From the NCBI GenBank assembly GCA_037032985.1, contig JAZBLB010000027.1:4295-68294 (forward strand): a DNA stretch of 64,000 nucleotides. The letters are read 5' to 3'. This DNA is from Bacteroidota bacterium. GTDB taxonomy: Bacteria > Bacteroidota > Bacteroidia > Sphingobacteriales > Sphingobacteriaceae. The notes under the pieces are model-generated. The model saw nothing but the letters and a program-made list of their open reading frames with translations. It ran no database searches and was not told where the DNA came from. How positions within the stretch are numbered: position 1 is the stretch's first letter; every line of letters starts with the position of its first letter. The position numbers and the translations under genes are program-made. Of this stretch, positions 30,251 to 38,678 are shown piece after piece.

Positions 30251-30868
30251 TCAGTGAGCAGGGATTTTTGCTTTAGTGGTAATGATGATTACGCCATTTT
30301 TGCCCTTGTCTTGATAGCTTGTCGTAGCACTCGCACCCTTAAGAACTGTTATGGATTCAATCGTATTTGGGGCGATGTCATCAATATCATTTTTTTCCAA
30401 GCCATTCACAATATATAACCGCTTAGCTTTTGGATCAGAATCCTTCTGAAGTAAATTCCTTTTAAAAATGGTTGGTTTCCCTGAATGCTTGAATTTTAAG
30501 CCAGTTATTCCATCATTAACGGTCAAGGAGGCGGTGTCAGTACTTTTATTCCAAAGGCTGGAGAGTCCGTTTTTGGTTTGGATCTCAATGACGCCGTTTG
30601 TACCATCTAAGCCATATTTATGGGTGGCTGATGCATCTTTAAGAACATTTACTGATGCAATATCACTAGGGCTTATGGAATTTGCTGCGCCCAGTCCTCT
30701 GATGTATTGTTTATTTCCATCAATTACAATCAGTGGTTCGATTGATCGCTGAGTAGCCGTCCGCTCGGTTATGGATGCAGATGTTTTCACGCTATCCATT
30801 TGCTGGGCGCTGCTTTGCAAGCCCAACAACATTATCAATGCCAGTCCTAATAATTTGTTGATAACCAT
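30251..30868 (-). CDS. exported protein with two TonB-receptor plug-like repeats and no barrel
   Basis: Signal peptide; 'PLIVIDG...ISPSDIASVNVLKDASA..YG..GTNGVIEI' and 'LYIVNG...IAPNTIESITVLKGASA..Y..GKNGVIIIT'. Confidence 0.75.
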   Translation of the reverse strand: MVINKLLGLALIMLLGLQSSAQQMDSVKTSASITERTATQRSIEPLIVIDGNKQYIRGLGAANSISPSDIASVNVLKDASATHKYGLDGTNGVIEIQTKNGLSSLWNKSTDTASLTVNDGITGLKFKHSGKPTIFKRNLLQKDSDPKAKRLYIVNGLEKNDIDDIAPNTIESITVLKGASATTSYQDKGKNGVIIITTKAKIPAH

Positions 30869-30880
30869 GTTTTTTTCGAT

Positions 30881-32887
30881 TTAGAATTTTGTGTGTAGAT
30901 AATCATATGCTGATTTTTTTTCGATAGTCAATTCTGCTTGTTGTGGCTTTCTAAACGCACTGCCTTTTACCATCTTTGTGGTAACCAGCAGTACCCCCTC
31001 TTTTGCAGTTAACCCGTAAAGACTGGTTGCAGCGTTATCTTTTAATACGGTAACCGATTCGATATCATTTGAATTAATTGCATTTAAAGCATTCTTATCT
31101 GTCTTGACCCCATCAATAATTAGAATGCCCTTAAACCCATCCAAGGTAGTTGCTACTCCTGATCCCATAGCAGGCACTTTAGTTTGTTGCATACCTGTTT
31201 TTACCTCTGGATCAGTTTTGGCCTTTTCCGAGGAGGGATTTAGCGTAAAATTCACATTGATGTTATACCTTACTCTTACAGTCTTACCTTGGGTAACTCC
31301 GGGGTTCCAGTTCGGTGAATCCCTAATTACCCTTAGCGCTTCTTCGTCTGTACCGCTACCTAACCCTCTTGTGATCTTAACATCAGAAAGCTTTCCATCC
31401 CTTTCAACAATGAAAGTCAAAAAGACCTTTCCGCTGACCTTGTTATTAACTGCCATTTTAGGATACTTAATGCTTTTACCAAGATATTCATAGAATTTGG
31501 CGATTCCTCCGGGGTATTCAGGTTGTTTGTCAATGGAAACAAAATCAAAAACCTTCTCACTGTTTTCCAAATTTAATTTTGGAACAGAATTACCGATCAC
31601 GGTAATGTCCGATAACCGCTGATAATTTGGAATGGATATAACTTTGGCGTTTTTAAGATTTAAAGGACTCTCTGAGCGTCTGAAGCCTACCTTAAACGTA
31701 TATTTTCCGTTCGGTAGATTTTTAAAGCCCTTATAGGATAACACTGCACGCATCACCTCCTCATCGCAACCCTCGCCTAATTCTCGCACAGTGGCCAGGC
31801 TTCTAATTTTATTGTTCTGAAGGATGAATTTAACCTGCGTATTGCCTTGTATATTGTTTCTCTGCGCTTCTGATGGATAGCTTATTGTTTTGGCTAGAAA
31901 GCGATAAAAGGAAGTCCAATCACCTTCCAATTTAGTGGTTGAAGGACCAATAAGGGTTTGAACGGCTAGGTGATTAGTTACATCAGTCTTCTTGACGAAT
32001 GCTTGTACCATCTCAAGGGGTTGCTCCAAGGGAATCTCATCCGATATAGCAATCAAATTTTCGTTTTTTCGGATAGTAGCTGAAGAAAAAACGATCAGAA
32101 TCGCAAATAAAGGGATGAATACACCATATTTAATGATCGCTGTTTTCTTAGATTTCTCTTTTTGCAGCATGAAAATTCGTTTCTTAATAAGTGATTTATC
32201 AAAGAAACCATTGGTCAAACTATTTGGAGAGATGCCCAAAGACTGGCTTAAAATCAGCATGGCATATTCCGCTTTATCGCCCTGATAGGCTGCAGCATGC
32301 TCATCGGCCAAATATTCATGAATATTTTTTATTGATTTTTTGTATAGATAGATAACCGGATTAATCCAGGTTAGAATGCCCAATACCTCAAAAAATAAAA
32401 TATCGGCTGTATGCCATTGTTTAACGTGAGCATCTTCGTGTACATCTATTACGGGGGCCAAAGGCAGGTCTGCATCGATTACTTTCTGTTGAAAAAATGA
32501 AAATGCTGAACCAGATTTGGCTGAACGAATTAGCTTCTTAACCGCAAATAAGTTAAATACCAACCTCCCCAAAAAAAATAAAATACCAGCACAGTAGATA
32601 AAAACAAAAGCATTCGCCCAGTTTAATCCAGATTGATCATCGCTAACGATTGTGGCTTGTTGTAAAACAGTATCCCAATTCACAGATGTATAGACTTTTT
32701 GAGCAGTCTCTTGTTGCGTAATCCACTCAAGACGGATAAATGGGATAGTGGTAGACAAGACACCCGCCGATACCAAATAAATGCGGTTGAGTATAAAATA
32801 GGTTTCTTTGTCTAACAGGAGTTTATAGCAAGCATAAAATACTATCAGATATAAATTTACCTGTAGGAGGTAGTGGGCAAAACTCAT
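30881..32887 (-). CDS. BlaR1-like M56 peptidase fused to TonB_C domains and a plug-like domain
   Basis: 'LLDKETYFILNRIYL', HEDAH (HExxH), 'WINPVIY...IHEYLAD', 'KKRIFML', two TonB_C-like repeats and a C-terminal plug motif. Confidence 0.88.
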   Translation of the reverse strand: MSFAHYLLQVNLYLIVFYACYKLLLDKETYFILNRIYLVSAGVLSTTIPFIRLEWITQQETAQKVYTSVNWDTVLQQATIVSDDQSGLNWANAFVFIYCAGILFFLGRLVFNLFAVKKLIRSAKSGSAFSFFQQKVIDADLPLAPVIDVHEDAHVKQWHTADILFFEVLGILTWINPVIYLYKKSIKNIHEYLADEHAAAYQGDKAEYAMLILSQSLGISPNSLTNGFFDKSLIKKRIFMLQKEKSKKTAIIKYGVFIPLFAILIVFSSATIRKNENLIAISDEIPLEQPLEMVQAFVKKTDVTNHLAVQTLIGPSTTKLEGDWTSFYRFLAKTISYPSEAQRNNIQGNTQVKFILQNNKIRSLATVRELGEGCDEEVMRAVLSYKGFKNLPNGKYTFKVGFRRSESPLNLKNAKVISIPNYQRLSDITVIGNSVPKLNLENSEKVFDFVSIDKQPEYPGGIAKFYEYLGKSIKYPKMAVNNKVSGKVFLTFIVERDGKLSDVKITRGLGSGTDEEALRVIRDSPNWNPGVTQGKTVRVRYNINVNFTLNPSSEKAKTDPEVKTGMQQTKVPAMGSGVATTLDGFKGILIIDGVKTDKNALNAINSNDIESVTVLKDNAATSLYGLTAKEGVLLVTTKMVKGSAFRKPQQAELTIEKKSAYDYLHTKF

Positions 32888-33261
32888 TTTGGATTCCGTT
32901 TAATGTTATTGATCATTTTTAAAATCTCGTCTACATCACTTAAATCCAGTTTTTCTTCTTTAACGAAGAAGGAGAACATGCTTTCTACTGAATTTTCGAA
33001 GTAGTTGCCTAGAAGCTTTTCGGTAGCATGGCGTTTATACTCTTCCCGGCTAATTAGCGGATAGTATTTGTGTGCCTTGCCAAAAGCTTCATGAGCTATA
33101 AAGCCTTTGGTTTCTAAAATACGGATAATGGTTGAAACAGTATTATAAGCAGGTTTTGGTATCGGTAACTCATCTATAACATCTTTAACGAATGCTTTTT
33201 CCAATTGCCAGAGTACCTGCATAATCTGTTCTTCGGCCTTGGTTAAATCTTTAATTTCCAT
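32884..33261 (-). CDS. BlaI/MecI/CopY family repressor
   Basis: 'LTKAEEQIMQVLW', 'AYNTVSTIIRILETKG'; overlaps the M56 gene by 4 bp; start reassigned to 33261. Confidence 0.92.
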   Translation of the reverse strand: MEIKDLTKAEEQIMQVLWQLEKAFVKDVIDELPIPKPAYNTVSTIIRILETKGFIAHEAFGKAHKYYPLISREEYKRHATEKLLGNYFENSVESMFSFFVKEEKLDLSDVDEILKMINNIKRNPK

Positions 33262-33313
33262 AACAATTTTAAAATAAGTATAACTCAACTCAGGTTGATA
33301 TCCTTAAAGTTAA

Positions 33314-33329
33314 AACTAATTATTTAGTT
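33314..33329. promoter_or_regulatory. candidate BlaI operator
   Basis: AACTAA-TTAT-TTAGTT palindrome about 55 bp upstream of the repressor start. Confidence 0.45.
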
Positions 33330-33371
33330 ATGCAAATTAAATGGAACTCATTCGATTAGAAACGGATGAAA

Positions 33372-34010
33372 CTAAATGGTAATCAGCTTAGTTCGGATGG
33401 CATATACAACCAATCCAGTGCGGGACTTAATGTTCAATTTAGCAAAAAGTGATTCCCGGTAGTTGTCTACAGTTCTCGGACTAACATTCATCAGGTCCGC
33501 GATTTCTCTATAGGTAAGTTCACTGCTGCAGTGTTGAAGAAACGTTAATTCTCTGGCACTAAACATGGGCTTTGTGTCTCCATCTTTAAGGGCGACCAAC
33601 AAACGGCCAGATACCAGATCATTTACATAAAATCCCTTATCTACCACAGTTTTAATTGCGGTAAGCAAATCATTTGGGGTAGATTCTTTTAGCATATAAC
33701 CGCCTGCTCCGGCTTTAAGCATTCCAATAATGGCTTTTTCATCTTCCAGCATGCTCAGGGCCAGTACGTTTACGTCCGGGTAATGTTCTTTTACCCATTT
33801 AGTTGCCGCAAATCCATCCATTATCGGCATGCTGATGTCCATTAATATTAATTGGACATCCGGATATTTTTTAATCTTTTGTTGGAGGTCCACTCCATTA
33901 ATTCCTTCAAAAACGACATCAATTTCATCAAATTCATCTAGTAGGCTTGCCAAACCGGAGCGGAAAAGTGTATGATCATCAACGATAGCAATAGAGATAG
34001 GAGCAGACAT
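33372..34010 (-). CDS. NarL/FixJ-family response regulator
   Basis: 'IVDDH', 'LMDISMP' (phospho-Asp), 'YMLKES', LuxR HTH 'REIADLMNVSPRTVDNYR'. Confidence 0.95.
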   Translation of the reverse strand: MSAPISIAIVDDHTLFRSGLASLLDEFDEIDVVFEGINGVDLQQKIKKYPDVQLILMDISMPIMDGFAATKWVKEHYPDVNVLALSMLEDEKAIIGMLKAGAGGYMLKESTPNDLLTAIKTVVDKGFYVNDLVSGRLLVALKDGDTKPMFSARELTFLQHCSSELTYREIADLMNVSPRTVDNYRESLFAKLNIKSRTGLVVYAIRTKLITI

Positions 34011-34012
34011 GA

Positions 34013-34804
34013 TTAAGGATAGGGTATTTCGATTAAAATTATAGTGCCAGTATTAGTCGACGAATTTAACGTTAATTTTCCATTGATCATTTCTATTCTT
34101 TTATAGATAGAATTTAATCCCATTCCTGATTTTTTTGCACTTGCCTTTTCCTGATCAAAGCCAATACCATTTTCTTTAATGTTAAGGTGAAGAATCTTAT
34201 TCGTGGAAAACGCGTCGAAGGATATGGTAGTAGCATTCGCGTGTTTAATAATATTGTTGATGATCTCCTGTAACAAGCGTAAAATAATAAGATCCTTGTC
34301 TGGAGATCTTTCCACAAGATCAATTAGCCTATTGTTTATTTCTATTTGATAGGCACCGGTTTTATTTAGCAGGTTAATCTCCTGTTCGATTGCGTAGCCG
34401 ATGCCATTTTCCACAATCTGTTCTCCATGCAATAACTTTGCTAGTTCTCTCAATTCTTTAATTGATTTAGTAATCAAGTTGAGAGAGCTTGAGATTTTTT
34501 TCTCCGCTTTTTCGGTCTGGCTTAAATCAACAGAGTTAAGAGTGAGGGTGGTCAGGCTAAGCAGTTGACCTACGTTATCGTGCAGTTCGGTAGCAATGGT
34601 TTGCATGGTTTGATCCTGAACTTCTATCCTGGCCTGTAGAATTTCTGATTCGAATTGTTGCTGCATTTGCTGTTTTTCTAACGCATGATTTTTTTTATGC
34701 CTGGTATAGGAACTCATGTATAGGATCAGAAAAAGTGGCATCAATAAGAATATTAATGTTGTTATCGCAATCAGGATTGCGATTTGCGTTGTATGGCTCT
34801 GCAT
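34013..34804 (-). CDS. HisKA_3 histidine kinase with one TM helix and no sensor domain
   Basis: 'ELHDNVGQLL' H-box, 'QEIINNIIKHA' N-box, 'ENGIGF', 'GMGL'; a single N-terminal hydrophobic helix. Confidence 0.9.
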   Translation of the reverse strand: MQSHTTQIAILIAITTLIFLLMPLFLILYMSSYTRHKKNHALEKQQMQQQFESEILQARIEVQDQTMQTIATELHDNVGQLLSLTTLTLNSVDLSQTEKAEKKISSSLNLITKSIKELRELAKLLHGEQIVENGIGYAIEQEINLLNKTGAYQIEINNRLIDLVERSPDKDLIILRLLQEIINNIIKHANATTISFDAFSTNKILHLNIKENGIGFDQEKASAKKSGMGLNSIYKRIEMINGKLTLNSSTNTGTIILIEIPYP

Positions 34805-35430
34805 ATGTAGCTGTAAATCCAGTTACTGTAAAGAATGATATTGATAATGTAATAAATAAATAAGTGGAGTGGGATGTGGTCGAATAATTTTATTTTGAAG
34901 AGTCCATAGGTGAGGTTCGTTGCCGTGCTGCCGAAATAAAAAAACAATACCCCGCTTACCCACCAGAACTCCGGATGATATTTAAGTTCCAGAGTTTCTT
35001 CATCATTCAAAAGCTTATAGTAGTAGTAAAGGCAATAAAGGACAAAGATAACTGACATTACATTAACAGTTTGATCATTGAAGACGTCGTTGTAAAAACT
35101 TAAGCCATTCCTCAGGGCGAAAATGGCGAAGACCAGATAACTGATTCCAAGGCCCGCAAAAACAATAGGCCTTGGATCAATATATTTTTTTAAGCAATAA
35201 TACATTCCATAGGAGATGAAGGCGATTTCAACTAATACGAAGGTGTTAAATAACCCAACGTTGTGCTGATGTCGGGCAGAAAGATATGCCCCTCGGGCTT
35301 CTGTAGCTGAGGCAATAAGCAGGTAGGCAATGTTGATTTTCCAAAACCATATTTTGTCTTTTACCACAAAACATAATGCCACAATCAGGCAAACGAGTTC
35401 TGCAATAACGATTGGGGAAAAGAAATCCAT
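34771..35430 (-). CDS. uncharacterised ~7-TM membrane protein
   Basis: Seven hydrophobic segments, including 'FWWVSGVLFFYFGS'; its 3' end overlaps the kinase start by 34 bp. Confidence 0.75.
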   Translation of the reverse strand: MDFFSPIVIAELVCLIVALCFVVKDKIWFWKINIAYLLIASATEARGAYLSARHQHNVGLFNTFVLVEIAFISYGMYYCLKKYIDPRPIVFAGLGISYLVFAIFALRNGLSFYNDVFNDQTVNVMSVIFVLYCLYYYYKLLNDEETLELKYHPEFWWVSGVLFFYFGSTATNLTYGLFKIKLFDHIPLHLFIYYIINIILYSNWIYSYICRAIQRKSQS

Positions 35431-35432
35431 AA

Positions 35433-35822
35433 TTACAATTCAACCCCGTCACATGAGGAAGGACAAAGGGAACCCCTGTTCTCAATATCTGTTAGATCAT
35501 CCTCATGTTCTTTTGTATCCCTACCAAGATGATTGGTATTTCCAGCTGCCAAAGTGGGCACGAGCAATACCGTATTTCGTCCTCTGTGTGATTCAGGCAG
35601 GTCACTCAGGGATCCCTCTACATATTTGGCAAAGTATATTCTCAGTCCATCATATTTGCTGTCTTTAATCTTTTCCGCCATTTCCAGGATTTGAGCTGCA
35701 GGAAACCATACTGCTTTCGTATAGGCCTGCGCATTTGAATCTTTTGCATCCAAACCGAAAGCTTCAACCATTTCGCGAGCAAGATCTGCATCAATAGGTT
35801 CATATTTGTTCATTTTTTCCAT
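35433..35822 (-). CDS. uncharacterised 129-aa protein with a C-terminal CPxxC tail
   Basis: 'KAVWFP', 'DGLRIYFAKY', 'RNTVLLVPT', 'ENRGSLCPSSC'; 2-bp gap to the next gene; no signal peptide. Confidence 0.75.
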   Translation of the reverse strand: MEKMNKYEPIDADLAREMVEAFGLDAKDSNAQAYTKAVWFPAAQILEMAEKIKDSKYDGLRIYFAKYVEGSLSDLPESHRGRNTVLLVPTLAAGNTNHLGRDTKEHEDDLTDIENRGSLCPSSCDGVEL

Positions 35823-35936
35823 ACTATATTGTTACGTCTTTTATTCCCCTAAAGTCGTGATTTTGATTTTTGCAGGCAAGGATGATCACATTTTTTACTA
35901 CCGTAAAAACACCTTTTTATTTAGGGTGAATTGTGC

Positions 35937-35968
35937 TACTCATAAATCAGTAGAGCGGCCTACATTTG
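35937..35968 (+). promoter_or_regulatory. NarL-type 7-2-7 inverted heptamer plus TACATTTG -7 box
   Basis: TACTCAT-AA-ATCAGTA (35937-35952), 8 bp upstream of TACATTTG (35961-35968). Confidence 0.5.
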
Positions 35969-36129
35969 AATTATAGAAACAAACAAAAACTAATTTGGAA
36001 TAAGATCAGCTCCTATCAAACACTTGCCCAAGGTTCGTTAAGTTAGGCAATCGTAAATAGTATTGATTCTATATTCCATTAAGATTTATCACCGGTTTAA
36101 TTAGCAATCGTATTATCTAAATTTAAAAG

Positions 36130-36357
36130 ATGAACAGTGTTTCAAGTCAGGAAAATTGCAATTCGATAACTGAACGCGAAATAGATATTGTACGTCTTCT
36201 ATCCCAAGGGTACAATAGTAAAGAAATTGGTGATATGCTTTTTATTAGTGAACACACTGTAAATACACATAGAAGAAATATGGTAAGAAAACTTGATTTG
36301 CGCAATTCTTATCAGCTCATTGTATGGGCCTTCAAACAAAGAATTTTGTCCTGCTAA
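36130..36357 (+). CDS. stand-alone LuxR/GerE-type HTH regulator
   Basis: 'ITEREIDIVRLLSQGYNSKEIGDMLFISEHTVNTHRRNMVRKL'; 75 aa with no receiver or ligand-binding domain. Confidence 0.88.
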   Translation: MNSVSSQENCNSITEREIDIVRLLSQGYNSKEIGDMLFISEHTVNTHRRNMVRKLDLRNSYQLIVWAFKQRILSC

Positions 36358-36401
36358 AGGAATAACGCTCTGTATTTGACGCTTCTCTCTCTCTAAACAG
36401 C

Positions 36402-36444
36402 AAAGCCTGCGTTTTGATAAGAAATTATCAAAAAAGCAGGCTTT
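36402..36444. terminator. bidirectional terminator between the LuxR solo and the ABC permease
   Basis: AAAGCCTGC-G-TTTTGATAA-GAAA-TTATCAAAA-AA-GCAGGCTTT. Confidence 0.8.
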
Positions 36445-36471
36445 TGTAGTTTCAGGTTTTCGTTAAGATAG

Positions 36472-37263
36472 TTACTTGATACTTTTCTTAAGCACTATAA
36501 AATAGCCTAAGATAAAAAGCACTGCGGCGTAAATTAAACTGGTGTATATTTCTTGTGTGAAGATTGGAAATGTGGATACATCTGTGGCTGATTTACTGCT
36601 GTGTAAAACCAAAGTAGGATGACTGTAAGGGATTAGGTAAGCGTATTTCCAGCCTACATTCGCTGTAATAATACCCATAATGGTACCGATGAAGCCTATT
36701 CCCATTGGCTTTAAGAAATCGCCCCAGAGTAAACTCAGTAGAAATTGAATCGATAAAATTCCAAGTGATGATAAGAAGAGTTTGGCGTAAAATTTAATTA
36801 ATATCGATGATGGATCATATTGATCAAAACTGTATTTCGGAATTAGGAGATGTAATAAGTGTCCGAATACAAAAGTAAGTCCGGCAAATAAAAATAGTGA
36901 TATCAATATCAGTAGCACTGCATAGATATATTTGGCCGCATAAATAGAAAATTTGTTCAGCGGCTGTGCAAATAGTGATTTCCAGGTGTCATTTTTATGT
37001 TCAATGTTGTTTACCGAGAAGGCCATAAAAATGACATAGAAAGGCAAGATTAAGATTCCCATTACGTTAAGCGCGGCACTGATGTAACGTAACCAAAGAA
37101 TCATTGGTGGTTGATGCAAGTTCAAGATTTTTTCTGAACTGCTGTAAAAACCAAAGGTAATCAGCCCGCAAATAATCAGGGGTAGTAAAATAGATGCCCA
37201 GAAAGCAAGGGTTTTTCTTGATTTATAGAATTCTGAGTAAATGGAGATGAATAAAGAGCGCAT
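36472..37263 (-). CDS. ABC-2 type permease (lantibiotic-immunity LanE/G-like)
   Basis: 'SEFYKSRKT', 'IEHKNDTWKSLFAQP', 'IYAAK', 'LIPYSHP'; 6 TM. Confidence 0.8.
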   Translation of the reverse strand: MRSLFISIYSEFYKSRKTLAFWASILLPLIICGLITFGFYSSSEKILNLHQPPMILWLRYISAALNVMGILILPFYVIFMAFSVNNIEHKNDTWKSLFAQPLNKFSIYAAKYIYAVLLILISLFLFAGLTFVFGHLLHLLIPKYSFDQYDPSSILIKFYAKLFLSSLGILSIQFLLSLLWGDFLKPMGIGFIGTIMGIITANVGWKYAYLIPYSHPTLVLHSSKSATDVSTFPIFTQEIYTSLIYAAVLFILGYFIVLKKSIK

Positions 37264-37265
37264 TT

Positions 37266-38174
37266 TTAAGCGGTTTTAGTGATGTCCAGGAAAAGGTTTT
37301 CGAGGTCTTTTCTCTGTTGTGAAAGGCTGCTTACGGTGAAGTTGTTTTGAATAAGCAAGGTGTTAATCGTTCCACTTTCTTGTCGAGAAACAAACGGAAT
37401 ACTAATCTTTGCATCTGTTTTGGCTACGATCTCATATCCTTTTGCCATAAGAAGGGTTGCAGCTTCGCCCGCATTATCCAATTCGATTTCTAATAAAGGC
37501 TTGTTAAGTAATTGAAGCTCCTGAATAGTTCCCTGAAAAAGTAACTGGCCCTTGTTGATGATGCCCACATGTGTAGCAGTTCTTTCTATTTCGGAAAGAA
37601 GGTGGCTCGACACGAGTATTGTTTTATTGTGTTTGGTGGTGAGTTCAATCATCAGGTTTCTAATCTCGATGATCCCGTTCGGGTCTAGGCCATTAGTGGG
37701 TTCATCTAGAAGCAGCAATTCAGGATCCGAAATCAAGGCAAGTGCAATACCTAGTCGTTGTTTCATTCCGAGCGAATACTTGCTTGATTTTTTGTCTGCG
37801 GCATCAGTTAATCCCACTAAGGTTAACATTTCATCAGCTTTGCTTTTTTTGATGCCGAGAAGTAAACAGCGGTTGATGAGGTTTTCTTTACCACTCAAGT
37901 GGCCATAAATGGCGGGTTGCTCTACAAGAGAACCGATTTGCTTAAGGATGGCGATTCGATTACTGTTGATTTCTTTCCCGAAGATGAAAACCTGATCTGC
38001 GGGAGATTTTAGCAGGTTTAGCAGGATTTTTATAGTGGTTGTTTTTCCAGCACCATTCGGACCGAGAAAGCCATAAATACTCCCATTGGGAACCTGCAAG
38101 GAGAGGTCTTTAACGATGGCCTGTTGCCCATAGTTGAAATTTAACCCAACGGTTTCTATTGTAAAGCTGCTCAT
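37266..38174 (-). CDS. ABC transporter ATP-binding protein (BcrA/LanF-like)
   Basis: GPNGAGKTT, YSLGMKQRLGIA, LLLDEPTNGLDP, VSSHLL. Confidence 0.92.
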   Translation of the reverse strand: MSSFTIETVGLNFNYGQQAIVKDLSLQVPNGSIYGFLGPNGAGKTTTIKILLNLLKSPADQVFIFGKEINSNRIAILKQIGSLVEQPAIYGHLSGKENLINRCLLLGIKKSKADEMLTLVGLTDAADKKSSKYSLGMKQRLGIALALISDPELLLLDEPTNGLDPNGIIEIRNLMIELTTKHNKTILVSSHLLSEIERTATHVGIINKGQLLFQGTIQELQLLNKPLLEIELDNAGEAATLLMAKGYEIVAKTDAKISIPFVSRQESGTINTLLIQNNFTVSSLSQQRKDLENLFLDITKTA

Positions 38175-38177
38175 TAG

Positions 38178-38435
38178 TTATTTGAAAATAGCTGTTGCCT
38201 GTTTTACAATACCCGAAGATGTTTTAGCCGGTTTTACGACAACCTCAGTTTCATTTTGATTTGTATTAACACTAAGCGTTAAAATGATCATCATAAAAAC
38301 GGGTAACAAGAGAAGTAAGAATGGCGAGGTATTGGCTAATTTTTTCATAAGAGTGAGTTTAATTTGAGCAGTTGTGAAAGCATCATCAGTAATTACTGTT
38401 TGTGTTGTGAAGTTGATTGCTGATGAATTTTTCAT
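38178..38435 (-). CDS. small single-TM protein upstream of the ABC genes
   Basis: Hydrophobic core 'SPFLLLLLPVFMMIILTLSV'; 3-bp gap to the ATPase start. The start is uncertain (38459, 38435 or the later Met of MKKLANT). Confidence 0.6.
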   Translation of the reverse strand: MKNSSAINFTTQTVITDDAFTTAQIKLTLMKKLANTSPFLLLLLPVFMMIILTLSVNTNQNETEVVVKPAKTSSGIVKQATAIFK

Positions 38436-38562
38436 GATTGTTTTGTTTTGTTGATTCAAAGAAACTCAAGAAAAGCAAGCTGGTAAAATCTATTATACCA
38501 AGTGTTCAAGATTCTAGATCAACGGGAGAATTTGGCGTTCGTCGATAAATTTTGGCCTTTGG

Positions 38563-38592
38563 ACCGTTCGTAGAAAAAAAAAGCCAGTTGGT
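38563..38592 (+). promoter_or_regulatory. LytTR-type direct repeat (9-12-9)
   Basis: ACCGTTCGT (38563) and CCAGTTGGT (38584), 21-bp periodicity, in the divergent gap next to a LytTR system. Confidence 0.65.
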
Positions 38593-38678
38593 AGATTGTG
38601 TTGGGTTAAAAAGGAAAGTTTATTTACTTTGGATGCACAAATCGAGAGATAGATACGATTTGCGATAAGCGAAACATA

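Noticed and set aside
36472-38459. Lantibiotic/bacteriocin biosynthetic cluster
   Set aside because: No modification enzyme, peptidase-containing exporter or double-Gly precursor. Only an immunity-type ABC is present.
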